Shown here: positions 7,868 to 16,422 of the stretch, in pieces
Position numbering within the stretch: position 1 is the first letter of the stretch
How the letters are laid out: each line of letters starts with the position of its first letter
Assembly: GCA_021399395.1 (NCBI GenBank)
Contig: JAAFKJ010000148.1
Coordinates: 1-24,640, forward strand
Direction: 5' to 3'
DNA: 24,640 nucleotides
Origin: Candidatus Heimdallarchaeota archaeon
GTDB taxonomy: Archaea; Asgardarchaeota; Heimdallarchaeia; Heimdallarchaeales; Heimdallarchaeaceae
Notes under the pieces: model-generated
What the model was told of the DNA's origin: nothing
The model's database searches: none
Seen by the model: the letters and a program-made list of their open reading frames with translations, nothing else
Made by a program: the position numbers and the translations under genes

Positions 7868-10027
7868 CTAAGAAGAATTCTTGCTTTTGTTAAAGACTAG
7901 GCTCTTGACTGTTACAGGGAAAGCTTGACCGGAATAGAGCGGTGCACCGATGTCTATCCAATCTCCTTCTTCTAGTTCTAATTCATCCATACAAATGAGG
8001 TTGTCCTTTAAAGCTGTATCTCTACGAAGAGCAATTCCTATAGATCCTCCCATATCTTGGTCAAAAATCAGAATCACCAGTTTGTTGTCAACAACTGAAT
8101 TTGGCAAAGCTTCTGCGATTGCTTTAGCGAGATCTGACAGATAGAAATTGTTTCTATATATTGGATCTTTGAAGTATAAAGCAACTAAATCCTCTCCTTC
8201 ATGCATATCAAATCTTCTGAAAGCAATATCTATCTCTTTCTTAAGATTCTCTTGACTGTATTTTTCTTTTTGAATATTTACATTTATTACAGGAATGTTC
8301 TCAAGAGGGAATAGGATGCTCTTATCAAAATAACAAGTAGATCCAGATACTGAAAGTGAAAATGATCCTGCACCAATAACTGTAGCTCTGATTTTATTTT
8401 CAGGCTCTAATATAGGTAATTTGTATTTTTTCATTAAAACTTGGATTTCTTCTGCAAGGTATACACCAATATCATCATATTTGTTATCCTGACCATAAAT
8501 GAATTCAGCAACTCCTCCAGAGAATGAATAACAATCAATTGGGATTGAAAAACCTAAATCGTCAGTCATCATCAGTTTCTTAGCAATTTTACTTTTTGCA
8601 GGTCCTTTCATTACTTCAACCAAAGCTTTTGCATATTCTTGAGCTACTAATCTAACATCTTTTTCGGGAATAATTTCCCCAATTTTATGGTCTAGACCTA
8701 GTTCTTTAAAGAGGAACTCAGTGGGTTCGTCTATCCTCCAGATTTTGAAATCTTTATCAATTCCTAGTAATCTTCCGCCAACATTTATGCAAGATGTACT
8801 AGTAACTTGCCCCTTTGACGCAATTGCAAGATTACTGGTTCCTCCCCCAACATCTATATTCATTATTGTATTCTCTTCTTCTTGTGTCTGATCAACAATA
8901 CCGCTTCCCATAGCTCCAAGCAGAGATTCAAAATTTGGTCCTGCTGCGGCACTGACAAATTTTCCAGTTGTAGAAGACAATCTTTTTACTATTTCCTCTG
9001 CATTTTGTTTCTTAGCTGTTTCTCCAGTAACTATAACAGCTCCTGTATCTACCATCTCTGTAGTAATTCCAGCTTTCTTGTATTCTCCTTCAAAGAATTC
9101 AACAACAGCATCAATATCGATAGTAAAGCGGTCTATTATGGGAGTGTCAATAATATTGCCCTCATAGATTAATTTACGGTTAATAAGATGAAAACGGTTA
9201 GACATATTCATGAAACTCTGTTCTCTTCTAAGAGTTAAACCAGAAAATACAAGATGCGATGTAGAAGAGCCAACATCAATTCCAACACTTAGAACATTAA
9301 GATATTCACCAATATCATCATTTGCTTGAGAAAGAATTTCAGGGAAGATTTCAGCTAACTTGTTAGTACTTAGCTGTATTTTTTCAATTTCTGCTCTAGA
9401 ATAACCCATTAACTCTCTTGCAGATTTAACTTTGAAAGCTGGTTTATCACTTTTCAGCTCAAATGAATCCTCTACAACATTTACGATTCTTATCTCTAAC
9501 TCTTTATCATGGTGTTTGGGTAATTCCACTCTCTCATCTGAATTTAACAACTGTTCCTTCAAATCTTCAGGAATGTCTAAGAATTCTTCGCAGACAGTAC
9601 AGAAGAATTTGATTGTGGATGTTTTATCGCTACCTGGAAGAATTGGTCCATTTTCAGTAGGACGTCGGATCTTATTATCAACCTGTCTTTGAATACCAGC
9701 TAGACTGATATCAAACATTTCTGCCATTCTATCGCATATACTTTCATAGATTTGACCTTTTTCAACAACTGATTCAAGTGCCAATCTAAATTCTGAAATA
9801 AGACGATAATATTGTAAGAGTTCTGTTTTATCTTCTTGTTCATTTTGTTTAACAAGTGTATCGTACTTTTCTTCGAATGTCTTTCTCAATTCTTCTGCAT
9901 TCTCTTTGTTGTATCGGTCTAAGAACGCATGAACAATTCCTACTATTGACCATTTTTGAGTTGCTATATCGACTTTAATGTTAGATCCGTCAACTGATTT
10001 CTTTGACATATGTTGAAAAAATACCAT
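7868..10027 (-). CDS. eutA: EutA-family (ethanolamine ammonia-lyase reactivase-like, ASKHA ATPase) protein with a ~240-aa N-terminal extension
   Basis: LSVGIDVGSSTSHLVFS, TGAVIVTGETAKKQNA, FVSAAAGPNFES..GAMGSG, NIDVGGGTSN, IRATVIGAG and WIDIG...PVTVKSLVF are EutA hallmarks. The start may be the second Met. Confidence 0.85.
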   Translation of the reverse strand: MVFFQHMSKKSVDGSNIKVDIATQKWSIVGIVHAFLDRYNKENAEELRKTFEEKYDTLVKQNEQEDKTELLQYYRLISEFRLALESVVEKGQIYESICDRMAEMFDISLAGIQRQVDNKIRRPTENGPILPGSDKTSTIKFFCTVCEEFLDIPEDLKEQLLNSDERVELPKHHDKELEIRIVNVVEDSFELKSDKPAFKVKSARELMGYSRAEIEKIQLSTNKLAEIFPEILSQANDDIGEYLNVLSVGIDVGSSTSHLVFSGLTLRREQSFMNMSNRFHLINRKLIYEGNIIDTPIIDRFTIDIDAVVEFFEGEYKKAGITTEMVDTGAVIVTGETAKKQNAEEIVKRLSSTTGKFVSAAAGPNFESLLGAMGSGIVDQTQEEENTIMNIDVGGGTSNLAIASKGQVTSTSCINVGGRLLGIDKDFKIWRIDEPTEFLFKELGLDHKIGEIIPEKDVRLVAQEYAKALVEVMKGPAKSKIAKKLMMTDDLGFSIPIDCYSFSGGVAEFIYGQDNKYDDIGVYLAEEIQVLMKKYKLPILEPENKIRATVIGAGSFSLSVSGSTCYFDKSILFPLENIPVINVNIQKEKYSQENLKKEIDIAFRRFDMHEGEDLVALYFKDPIYRNNFYLSDLAKAIAEALPNSVVDNKLVILIFDQDMGGSIGIALRRDTALKDNLICMDELELEEGDWIDIGAPLYSGQAFPVTVKSLVFNKSKNSS

Positions 10028-10072
10028 TCAATATAAATACATTATTATGCTATAAAAATACAATAATGTATT

Positions 10073-10417
10073 ATGGCTGAAACTAAGAATCGAAGAACGT
10101 TGTTAGAAAGAGCTCAAGCAATATTCAAATTAGTTGAGTACGAGGATGATCCTTTTCCAAAATCAAAACTTCAAAAAGTAGGTCTAAATCCAACTACAGC
10201 TGAAAAATGGTTAGATCTGATTGTGTATATTCAGAAGCAACCTAGAATACGATTGATAAGAACAAGAAATAATACAATAATAGAAAAACATGAACAAAAG
10301 TATCATACAATGAGCAGAGAAATCTTCATGGATTCAAATAGAAGCTATGAAGAAAGGTTCCATGCTTTGCAAGACTATCTTAGTGCACTTATTACATCAG
10401 AAAAATTAAGGGGATAG
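10073..10417 (+). CDS. Hypothetical protein, possible winged-helix DNA-binding domain
   Basis: 114 aa, basic. KSKLQKVGLNPTTAEKWLDLI resembles a helix-turn-helix followed by a beta-wing. Divergent from the eutA-like gene. Confidence 0.7.
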   Translation: MAETKNRRTLLERAQAIFKLVEYEDDPFPKSKLQKVGLNPTTAEKWLDLIVYIQKQPRIRLIRTRNNTIIEKHEQKYHTMSREIFMDSNRSYEERFHALQDYLSALITSEKLRG

Positions 10418-10423
10418 AAAGTT

Positions 10424-11290
10424 TTAGAATTCAGATACTAACGCAACAATATTTGGACCTGTATGTGCAGATATGGTGACTCCCGTGCATACTGTTCTTA
10501 TTTTTATGTCATTGAAATGTTGTTTTAATTTCTTCTCCATTCTTCCAGCAAATTCCAAATTGTTACCATGAATAATAATAACTTGTTTTGGAACTCTAGT
10601 AAAATTCTCTGAGGTTAATTCTAGGATTTTATGGATACCTTCATTTATTTCTGTTACAGATGCAGCAACTTCGTTCTTGCCTTCTTTATTAACAACTGTA
10701 ATTGGTTTCTTTCTAAGTAGAGTTCCAAGAATGTATTTTGTCACCGAGATTCTACCTCCTTTTCGTAAATATTTCAATGAAGGGAGAAGTATGTGAGTTT
10801 TGATATTTTTGGTGTGTTCTCTTAATTTCTTTGCTATCTCATCGCCATCCAAACCTTGTTTCTGTAGTTTCAATCCTTCTTCAATCAACAACACTTCAGA
10901 ATATGATGCATTCAATGCGTCAACAAGATGAACTTTAATTTTCTCATTTTTCCTTTTGAGCATATTCACTCCTAGCCTTGCACTGTTAAGTGTACCACTT
11001 AAACCTGAACTTAGAGTTACTACTATTATTTCTTTTACTCCTTCTTTTGCTAGTTCTTCATATGCAATAAAGAAGTCATTAGGAGTTGGCTGAGCAGTTT
11101 TTGCAGTGAAATCGTCATTTGTTTCGTATTTGCGATAATAGGATTCAAGATCAAAACTTCTATCCTCCTTATGCACGACATCATCTGCATCACTAAAAGT
11201 TACAGTCAAAGGAATGACTTTTACACCTATTTTTTCAGCATAATTAAGATCAATATCTGAACCACTGTCGGTAACAAAACCTATCTTCAT
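10424..11290 (-). CDS. DegV family fatty-acid-binding protein (FakB-like)
   Basis: IGFVTDSGSDI, KTAQP, LSSGLSGT, VDALNAS, YLRKGGRI, ISAHTGP. Confidence 0.93.
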   Translation of the reverse strand: MKIGFVTDSGSDIDLNYAEKIGVKVIPLTVTFSDADDVVHKEDRSFDLESYYRKYETNDDFTAKTAQPTPNDFFIAYEELAKEGVKEIIVVTLSSGLSGTLNSARLGVNMLKRKNEKIKVHLVDALNASYSEVLLIEEGLKLQKQGLDGDEIAKKLREHTKNIKTHILLPSLKYLRKGGRISVTKYILGTLLRKKPITVVNKEGKNEVAASVTEINEGIHKILELTSENFTRVPKQVIIIHGNNLEFAGRMEKKLKQHFNDIKIRTVCTGVTISAHTGPNIVALVSEF

Positions 11291-11398
11291 GATTTATTTC
11301 TGAATTTAACATTTATAAAACGTTCTCAGAAACAAGAGAAAACTTAGTTTATTTCGATTAAATTTATTAAACCATGTTCTCTTCTTTAGTAGTATATC

Positions 11399-12271
11399 AT
11401 GGATTATTCAGTTTCTCACTATAATAACATCAGCGAGATATCAAAAGAGGTTGATAAGTATCTCAATCAACATTCAATTATCAACTTCGAAGCGATAGGG
11501 ATTTTGGAGAAGTTAAGAGAAAATTCCAAGGAGTTTGAAGGTGTCCTAGAATGTATAGTGGTCTCAGAAGCTGAAAAAATTCAAGTTGTTAGTTGTAGAA
11601 TCAGACCATACAACCTTCTAATTTCTAATTCACAGGATATACACGCAATCTCAGCCTTAGTTCAATATTTCTCACAATCCAGAATCACTATACCAGGAAT
11701 TTATGGGCCAATGGCAGAAGTGGAACACTTTACTAATCTCTGGAAAGAGATTTCAGATGAAGTATTTCAAACATCTGATGAGTTTTTACAATATTCATTA
11801 AGTAAAAAGACATTATCAACACAATTGATAGGAGATATCTCAATAGCAAAAATTGAATATACAGAGCTTCTAAAGGGGTGGACAGAAGCTAGTATCAGAG
11901 AGATTATACCAAGCTCTACAGTTGAATTTGTCAAGTCATGCACTCAATCATTTCTTAGATTACTAGAGAAGAATAAAGTATTCATTTTAAAAGTAGATAA
12001 TTCACTTGTATCAATGGCAGCGATTTCAGGTCAAACAAAAACTATGCAAGCAATTAACGATGTGTATACCCCGCCTGAATATCGTGGAAAAGGGTATGCA
12101 ACAGAATTGTGTATATTCTTGTGTGAGTATATTTTGAATGATTGTGATAATATTCCTATACTTTGGGTAAAAGCAACAAATCTTACAGCTATTCATATTT
12201 ATGAAAAAATAGGATTTGAAAAAGTAGCAGAAATGGAGTTAAGTCTGAAAAAATTGGTGGCCGGAACATGA
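11399..12271 (+). CDS. GNAT family acetyltransferase (two-domain, FR47-like C-terminus)
   Basis: INDVYTPPEYRGKGYA and N..AIHIYEKIGF. Confidence 0.88.
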   Translation: MDYSVSHYNNISEISKEVDKYLNQHSIINFEAIGILEKLRENSKEFEGVLECIVVSEAEKIQVVSCRIRPYNLLISNSQDIHAISALVQYFSQSRITIPGIYGPMAEVEHFTNLWKEISDEVFQTSDEFLQYSLSKKTLSTQLIGDISIAKIEYTELLKGWTEASIREIIPSSTVEFVKSCTQSFLRLLEKNKVFILKVDNSLVSMAAISGQTKTMQAINDVYTPPEYRGKGYATELCIFLCEYILNDCDNIPILWVKATNLTAIHIYEKIGFEKVAEMELSLKKLVAGT

Positions 12272-12331
12272 TTTGAACACGTGATCACCTGGACCCAAAC
12301 CAGGGGCCATACCAAGCTAGACCATCCGGCC
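12255..12331 (-). tRNA. tRNA-Pro(TGG), CCA encoded
   Basis: Reverse complement GGCCGGA...CCTGG-TT-TGG-GT-CCAGG...ACGTG-TTCAAAT-CATGT-TCCGGCC-A-CCA. Confidence 0.95.
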
Positions 12332-12360
12332 AGTATTTCTACACTATCTCCCTTTCCCTC

Positions 12361-12378
12361 ATATAATTAAGCCTTTCG
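12361..12378 (-). promoter_or_regulatory. BRE-TATA promoter of tRNA-Pro
   Basis: CGAAAGGCTTAATTATAT about 30 nt upstream of the tRNA. The same CGAAAG BRE precedes tRNA-Glu and the fdh gene. Confidence 0.6.
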
Positions 12379-12386
12379 TTCTTATC

Positions 12387-13916
12387 TTAATCGAACATAG
12401 CTCTGTTTTGTAGCATTAGAAGTATGTCTTCTATCATCCAGTTATTTACTTGGAGCCATAATTCACCATGAGAAAAATCATCCCAAACTTGTTGGGGTGT
12501 TACTGGTTTGCTCATTACACTTGGAGGATCATCGGTTCTATCTCTATCATAGGCTCCAAAATTATGAGCGATTTCGTGTTGAACTAAATTTTCTGCCCAG
12601 TCTGCTACAATTCCTATCCAACTATACTCTCCCAATTCTCCAGATTCAGCAAAATGAAACGCAGCATTTCTTTCATAATAAGCAAAACCAAAATGCTCAG
12701 AGGTTTGGTTGGAGAAACTTGTTAATAAGTCAAAACCATGATTATCTGGAGAACGGCCGAATTCGACATCCCAACTACCATCTAGACCTAATAAATCCCC
12801 AGCTGTTTGGAGAGCGATAGTATCAACAACACTCATACTAACGTCCTCAGGATGCCAAGGAAGTTCAACAACTGGAATGAGTTTAATCCCAAGTTCCTTC
12901 TCGAAAAATGCAGACGTTTCATGCATAGTGGTAAAAAGATTGTCTCTAGCAACTTCTTTTCCAGAAATCTCCCAATTGTCATTTAACATGAAAACAAACA
13001 CTCTGTGTTCATATTGAAGAATAGAAAGATTATCAAGATAGACGTGAGTAGAGTTATCTGCATAGACGAAAACAACTTGTAAAGTAACATTTGACATTCC
13101 AATTCCCTCACCAAAATGGATAAGTTGATTCTGTAGAGAAGAGATGTCTAAGTTTAAAGACATATTCGATTTAATTCCGTTTGTAAATAAATTAACCTCA
13201 ATTGAGCTATTTGTACTCTCTATTTCTTGGTCAAAGGATAAGTAATGGCTTTTTGTTAAGTTGACTGTCTGAGAGATACTTATCCAAGTAGAGTTTCCAG
13301 GATCAATAGTCTCAATATTAGTAAAGCGAATACAATTTCCTTCAAAAGATGGATGGGTAACAATCCCAATCTCTGTTTTGTCATTTTGTCTATCACCTTG
13401 CCAGTTATTTAGACTGTCACTGAAATCTCCGTTGATTATCTGTTCTACCTCTAATTGATTGGTTATATTCAGAGAAAAATCGACATTTTCGCTAATTTCT
13501 GGCACTCGATTTTCAAATGTAATCTTAAATGAGTAAACATCATATTCACCAACATTCAAAGCAAATAATCCTGTTGAAGCATTAATTAGGGGCCCCATCT
13601 CTACTACAACAATATGTGAACCTCTTTCAATCTCTTGATTTAATTCATAAGTTACAGAACCATTAAGAGAGTACGTATCAGATGAAATGCCAATTTCTAA
13701 CGTTTCTATTGTTGTTCTTGGTGCTCCCTCTAGTTCAATTTCAAAAGTGATTGGAACTGGATCTCCTTTTATCTTTTCTAAAGGCATTGAAATAAAAATC
13801 AATTCTGTATTTCCAGAGAAATAATTATTTATTATCATATCAGTAAGAAAATATCCTCCTATACCTACACTCAACAATCCAACAAAAATAAGGCTAAGAA
13901 GGACAGTTTTTCTCAT
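12387..13916 (-). CDS. Membrane-anchored/secreted metzincin (M12/reprolysin-like) zinc metallopeptidase with beta-sandwich domains
   Basis: N-terminal hydrophobic helix, CBM-like start IINGDFSDSLNNW, and C-terminal HEIAHNFGAYD with Met-turn SVMS. Confidence 0.75.
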   Translation of the reverse strand: MRKTVLLSLIFVGLLSVGIGGYFLTDMIINNYFSGNTELIFISMPLEKIKGDPVPITFEIELEGAPRTTIETLEIGISSDTYSLNGSVTYELNQEIERGSHIVVVEMGPLINASTGLFALNVGEYDVYSFKITFENRVPEISENVDFSLNITNQLEVEQIINGDFSDSLNNWQGDRQNDKTEIGIVTHPSFEGNCIRFTNIETIDPGNSTWISISQTVNLTKSHYLSFDQEIESTNSSIEVNLFTNGIKSNMSLNLDISSLQNQLIHFGEGIGMSNVTLQVVFVYADNSTHVYLDNLSILQYEHRVFVFMLNDNWEISGKEVARDNLFTTMHETSAFFEKELGIKLIPVVELPWHPEDVSMSVVDTIALQTAGDLLGLDGSWDVEFGRSPDNHGFDLLTSFSNQTSEHFGFAYYERNAAFHFAESGELGEYSWIGIVADWAENLVQHEIAHNFGAYDRDRTDDPPSVMSKPVTPQQVWDDFSHGELWLQVNNWMIEDILLMLQNRAMFD

Positions 13917-13979
13917 CTTGTTCTCAGTAAATATTATTATTCAAGCCATTATATAATCTTTGGATAAGTAAAAAATAGA

Positions 13980-14690
13980 TTAGGTTGATTCCTGCGGAAT
14001 CTCAACCTTTTCTCCCATTTTTCTTTCTGTACCTTTGAGTAAGCTTTTGATATTTACTCTATGTCTCCAGAAGATAAAAGCAACCATAACACAACTAACA
14101 ATTAAAGCCCATAGACTTCCGTTGAAGAACCAGGACTCATTACCTGCAAAAATCCAATAAATAACAGGAGATATTGCTGCCATAATAAGATTTGATAGAG
14201 ACATAATTTTAGTGAATTTGAGTAATGGAAACCAGAGGAGCATAACAAATACCCAAGCAATTGGATTAATTCCTAAAATAGCACCTGATCCAACTGCTGC
14301 AGATTTACCACCCTTAAATTTCACCCAAACTGGTAAAGCGTGACCCACAACTGTCATAAAGGCAACAAGAGTTAGAAGGAACCCTTCATCTAGATAATAT
14401 GGGAAGCCAGCTTCTGAATCGGTTCCAAAACCTGAATAAGTGCCAAACCAAACATAAATTCGTGCAAGAAAAACAGCTGTTGCTCCTTTTACCATGTCAA
14501 GGCCCATAGTCAGATATCCAGCTTTGTTACTTACTGTTCGCATAACATTTGTTGCACCCATATTACCCGAACCATAATCTCTGATGTCGATACCTTTGCT
14601 AACTTTACCAACAATATATCCGACAGGTATCGAACCAAATAGGTAACCTAAAACCACTAGGAGAATTTCATATAAAATCTCAATTGCCAT
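13980..14690 (-). CDS. plsY: Acyl-phosphate:glycerol-3-phosphate acyltransferase PlsY
   Basis: All PlsY motifs are present: GYLFGSIP, DIRDYGSGNMGATNVMR, DMVKG, GHALPVW.KFKGGK, RHRVNI. Multi-TM protein. Confidence 0.93.
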   Translation of the reverse strand: MAIEILYEILLVVLGYLFGSIPVGYIVGKVSKGIDIRDYGSGNMGATNVMRTVSNKAGYLTMGLDMVKGATAVFLARIYVWFGTYSGFGTDSEAGFPYYLDEGFLLTLVAFMTVVGHALPVWVKFKGGKSAAVGSGAILGINPIAWVFVMLLWFPLLKFTKIMSLSNLIMAAISPVIYWIFAGNESWFFNGSLWALIVSCVMVAFIFWRHRVNIKSLLKGTERKMGEKVEIPQEST

Positions 14691-14779
14691 GAACGAGTAG
14701 AACGATGACTTTTATTTAAAATTTGTCAGATACAACTAAAGAAAGAAAAACAAATGAAAATAAAGAAGAGAAGGAGATT

Positions 14780-15013
14780 TTATTTTTCAACGCAGATCAT
14801 GGTCATAGTACTACGTACATTCTCTAATGCTCGCAGATTCTCTGTAACAATTCTCTTTAACTCATCCATTGTATCTGCTTCAATTTTTGCAATTAAGTCA
14901 TAAACACCATAAACTACGTGTGCTTCACCAACATTAGGTAGAGACATAAGTTGATCGAGCACGCTTTTTTCTTCACCAATCTCACTATTGATTAAAATGA
15001 ATGCTGTTGCCAT
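14780..15013 (-). CDS. Stand-alone Lrp/AsnC ligand-binding (RAM) domain protein
   Basis: 77 aa, AFILIN...EAHVVYGVYDLIAKIE...IVTENLR.LENVRST.T, with no HTH. Confidence 0.9.
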   Translation of the reverse strand: MATAFILINSEIGEEKSVLDQLMSLPNVGEAHVVYGVYDLIAKIEADTMDELKRIVTENLRALENVRSTMTMICVEK

Positions 15014-15183
15014 TAGGAATTCACCAACGGAATATATGTATTGGCGTTTAATAAACCTTTTTCAGAATTGATTGAATTGAAGTGATTGATTTTCTAATAA
15101 ATCTGTATTAAATATTGACGCAAAAGACAGTTTTTAGGACAAAACGACGTTATTTTAAATGCATATCAGCATTTTATCTTAGA

Positions 15184-15960
15184 ATGCAAGAAGTAATCTT
15201 TCCAGAACGACTTAAAGAATTGGCACAACCTTATTTCTATAAAGCTGAAAATAACCATACGAAAACATTAGTAATTCTTGTTCATGGTTTTGGTGCTTCA
15301 GCTACAGAAACAAGACCTCTAGGTGAGTTTCTCTGTAAGAATGGTTATGATATCTTTGGTGTCCTTCTATCAGGACATGGCACCGTTTCTAAAGACTTGG
15401 ACAATATATCTTGGAAGGATTGGTATCAAGATATTGAAGATGCTTATTTACAGAATTCAGAAAAGTATGAGCATGTATTTATTGGTGGTCTTTCCTTGGG
15501 AGGAGCGTTAGCACTGTATACTGCAACCAAATTAGATTTCGAAGGTATTTTTACAATTAATGCTTTATACAGATTCAAGAGAATCTGGACTTTATTTTCT
15601 TGGATAGCTCATTTCTTCAAACTACATAGACCTAGGAATCTAGAAAGAGTTAAGTGGTATGTGGAAAATGATCTGTTTGCTTATCAAGATGATTCAACAT
15701 ATGCATCTTATCAAATTCTAAAATTCTTAAGATTTTTACATGTAGAAATTAGAAAAATTGAGATTCCAGCATTGATAATCCAATCACAAGAAGATAAAAC
15801 GATAAATCCTCAAAGCGCAGAATGGATATTTGCAGACTTGAAGACAAAAAAAGAACTCATGCAACTTGAAAAGGGGGATCATATTCTTACTGTTGATGAA
15901 AACAAGGATATAGCATTTGAAAAAATCTTAGGATTCTTGAAAAACAAAATAAGCAAATAA
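15184..15960 (+). CDS. Alpha/beta hydrolase (carboxylesterase / monoacylglycerol lipase-like)
   Basis: HGFG oxyanion motif, GLSLGG nucleophile elbow, QSQED acid and GDH His. ATG at 15184 preferred over TTG at 15115. Confidence 0.88.
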   Translation: MQEVIFPERLKELAQPYFYKAENNHTKTLVILVHGFGASATETRPLGEFLCKNGYDIFGVLLSGHGTVSKDLDNISWKDWYQDIEDAYLQNSEKYEHVFIGGLSLGGALALYTATKLDFEGIFTINALYRFKRIWTLFSWIAHFFKLHRPRNLERVKWYVENDLFAYQDDSTYASYQILKFLRFLHVEIRKIEIPALIIQSQEDKTINPQSAEWIFADLKTKKELMQLEKGDHILTVDENKDIAFEKILGFLKNKISK

Positions 15961-15977
15961 CGAAAGATATTAAAAAG
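15961..15977 (+). promoter_or_regulatory. BRE-TATA promoter of tRNA-Glu
   Basis: CGAAAGATATTAAAAAG about 32 nt upstream of the tRNA 5' end. Confidence 0.6.
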
Positions 15978-16008
15978 AATACTGAAAGAAAGCGATATAA
16001 CAATAAAC

Positions 16009-16117
16009 GCCTCAATGGTGTAGCTCGGCCAATCATTGCGGACTTTCACATGAGAAAGTCCGCGTGACTAAACAGGAATATCCGCAGACCCGGGTTCAAA
16101 TCCCGGTTGAGGCACCA
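16009..16117 (+). tRNA. tRNA-Glu(TTC) with 31-nt anticodon-loop intron, CCA encoded
   Basis: Acceptor GCCTCAA/TTGAGGC-A-CCA, archaeal Glu-type D arm (GTGTAG..CGGCCAATCAT), anticodon stem GCGGA/TCCGC separated by CTTTC plus 33 nt, and T arm CCGGG-TTCAAAT-CCCGG. Confidence 0.9.
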
Positions 16118-16206
16118 ATCTTTTTTCAAGATTTTACTTTAACACCCACAAATAAATTTAAAAAATCCAATAGCTTGAGTTTCTTACTTACAATATTTCT
16201 TCCCTT

Positions 16207-16291
16207 GCGGGGATTGCCGAGTGGTCAAAGGCGCTGGACTTAGGATCCAGTTCTTAGTGATTCGGGAGTTCAAATCCCCCTCCCCGCACCA
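16207..16291 (+). tRNA. tRNA-Leu(TAG), CCA encoded
   Basis: Acceptor GCGGGGA/TCCCCGC-A-CCA, anticodon arm CTGGA-CT-TAG-GA-TCCAG, extended variable region. One A-C mismatch in the T stem. Confidence 0.95.
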
Positions 16292-16422
16292 CCTTTCAAT
16301 TTCAGATGGAACTTTGTGTCGTTGTTCGTGACTGATATTTGACGTTTTAGACATTTTTTTCACTTACAAGCCACTCTGTCTGTTTCTCTTAAATATGACA
16401 ACACCAATGTTTACTTGTCATC

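Noticed and set aside
191-12271. Integrated element bounded by similar TGGTGG(A/C)C ends at tRNA-Ala and tRNA-Pro
   Set aside because: The similarity is just the shared tRNA acceptor/CCA end. The interval contains core ribosomal genes and no integrase.
15066-15092. Short ATTGA-like iterations upstream of the Lrp-domain gene
   Set aside because: Too short and degenerate to distinguish from AT-rich background, and not CRISPR-like.
16043-16080. Alternative splice registers giving a TTA suppressor, TAA or GAA anticodon
   Set aside because: The tRNA body is Glu-type and the only plausible splice motif keeps TTC in the 5' exon.
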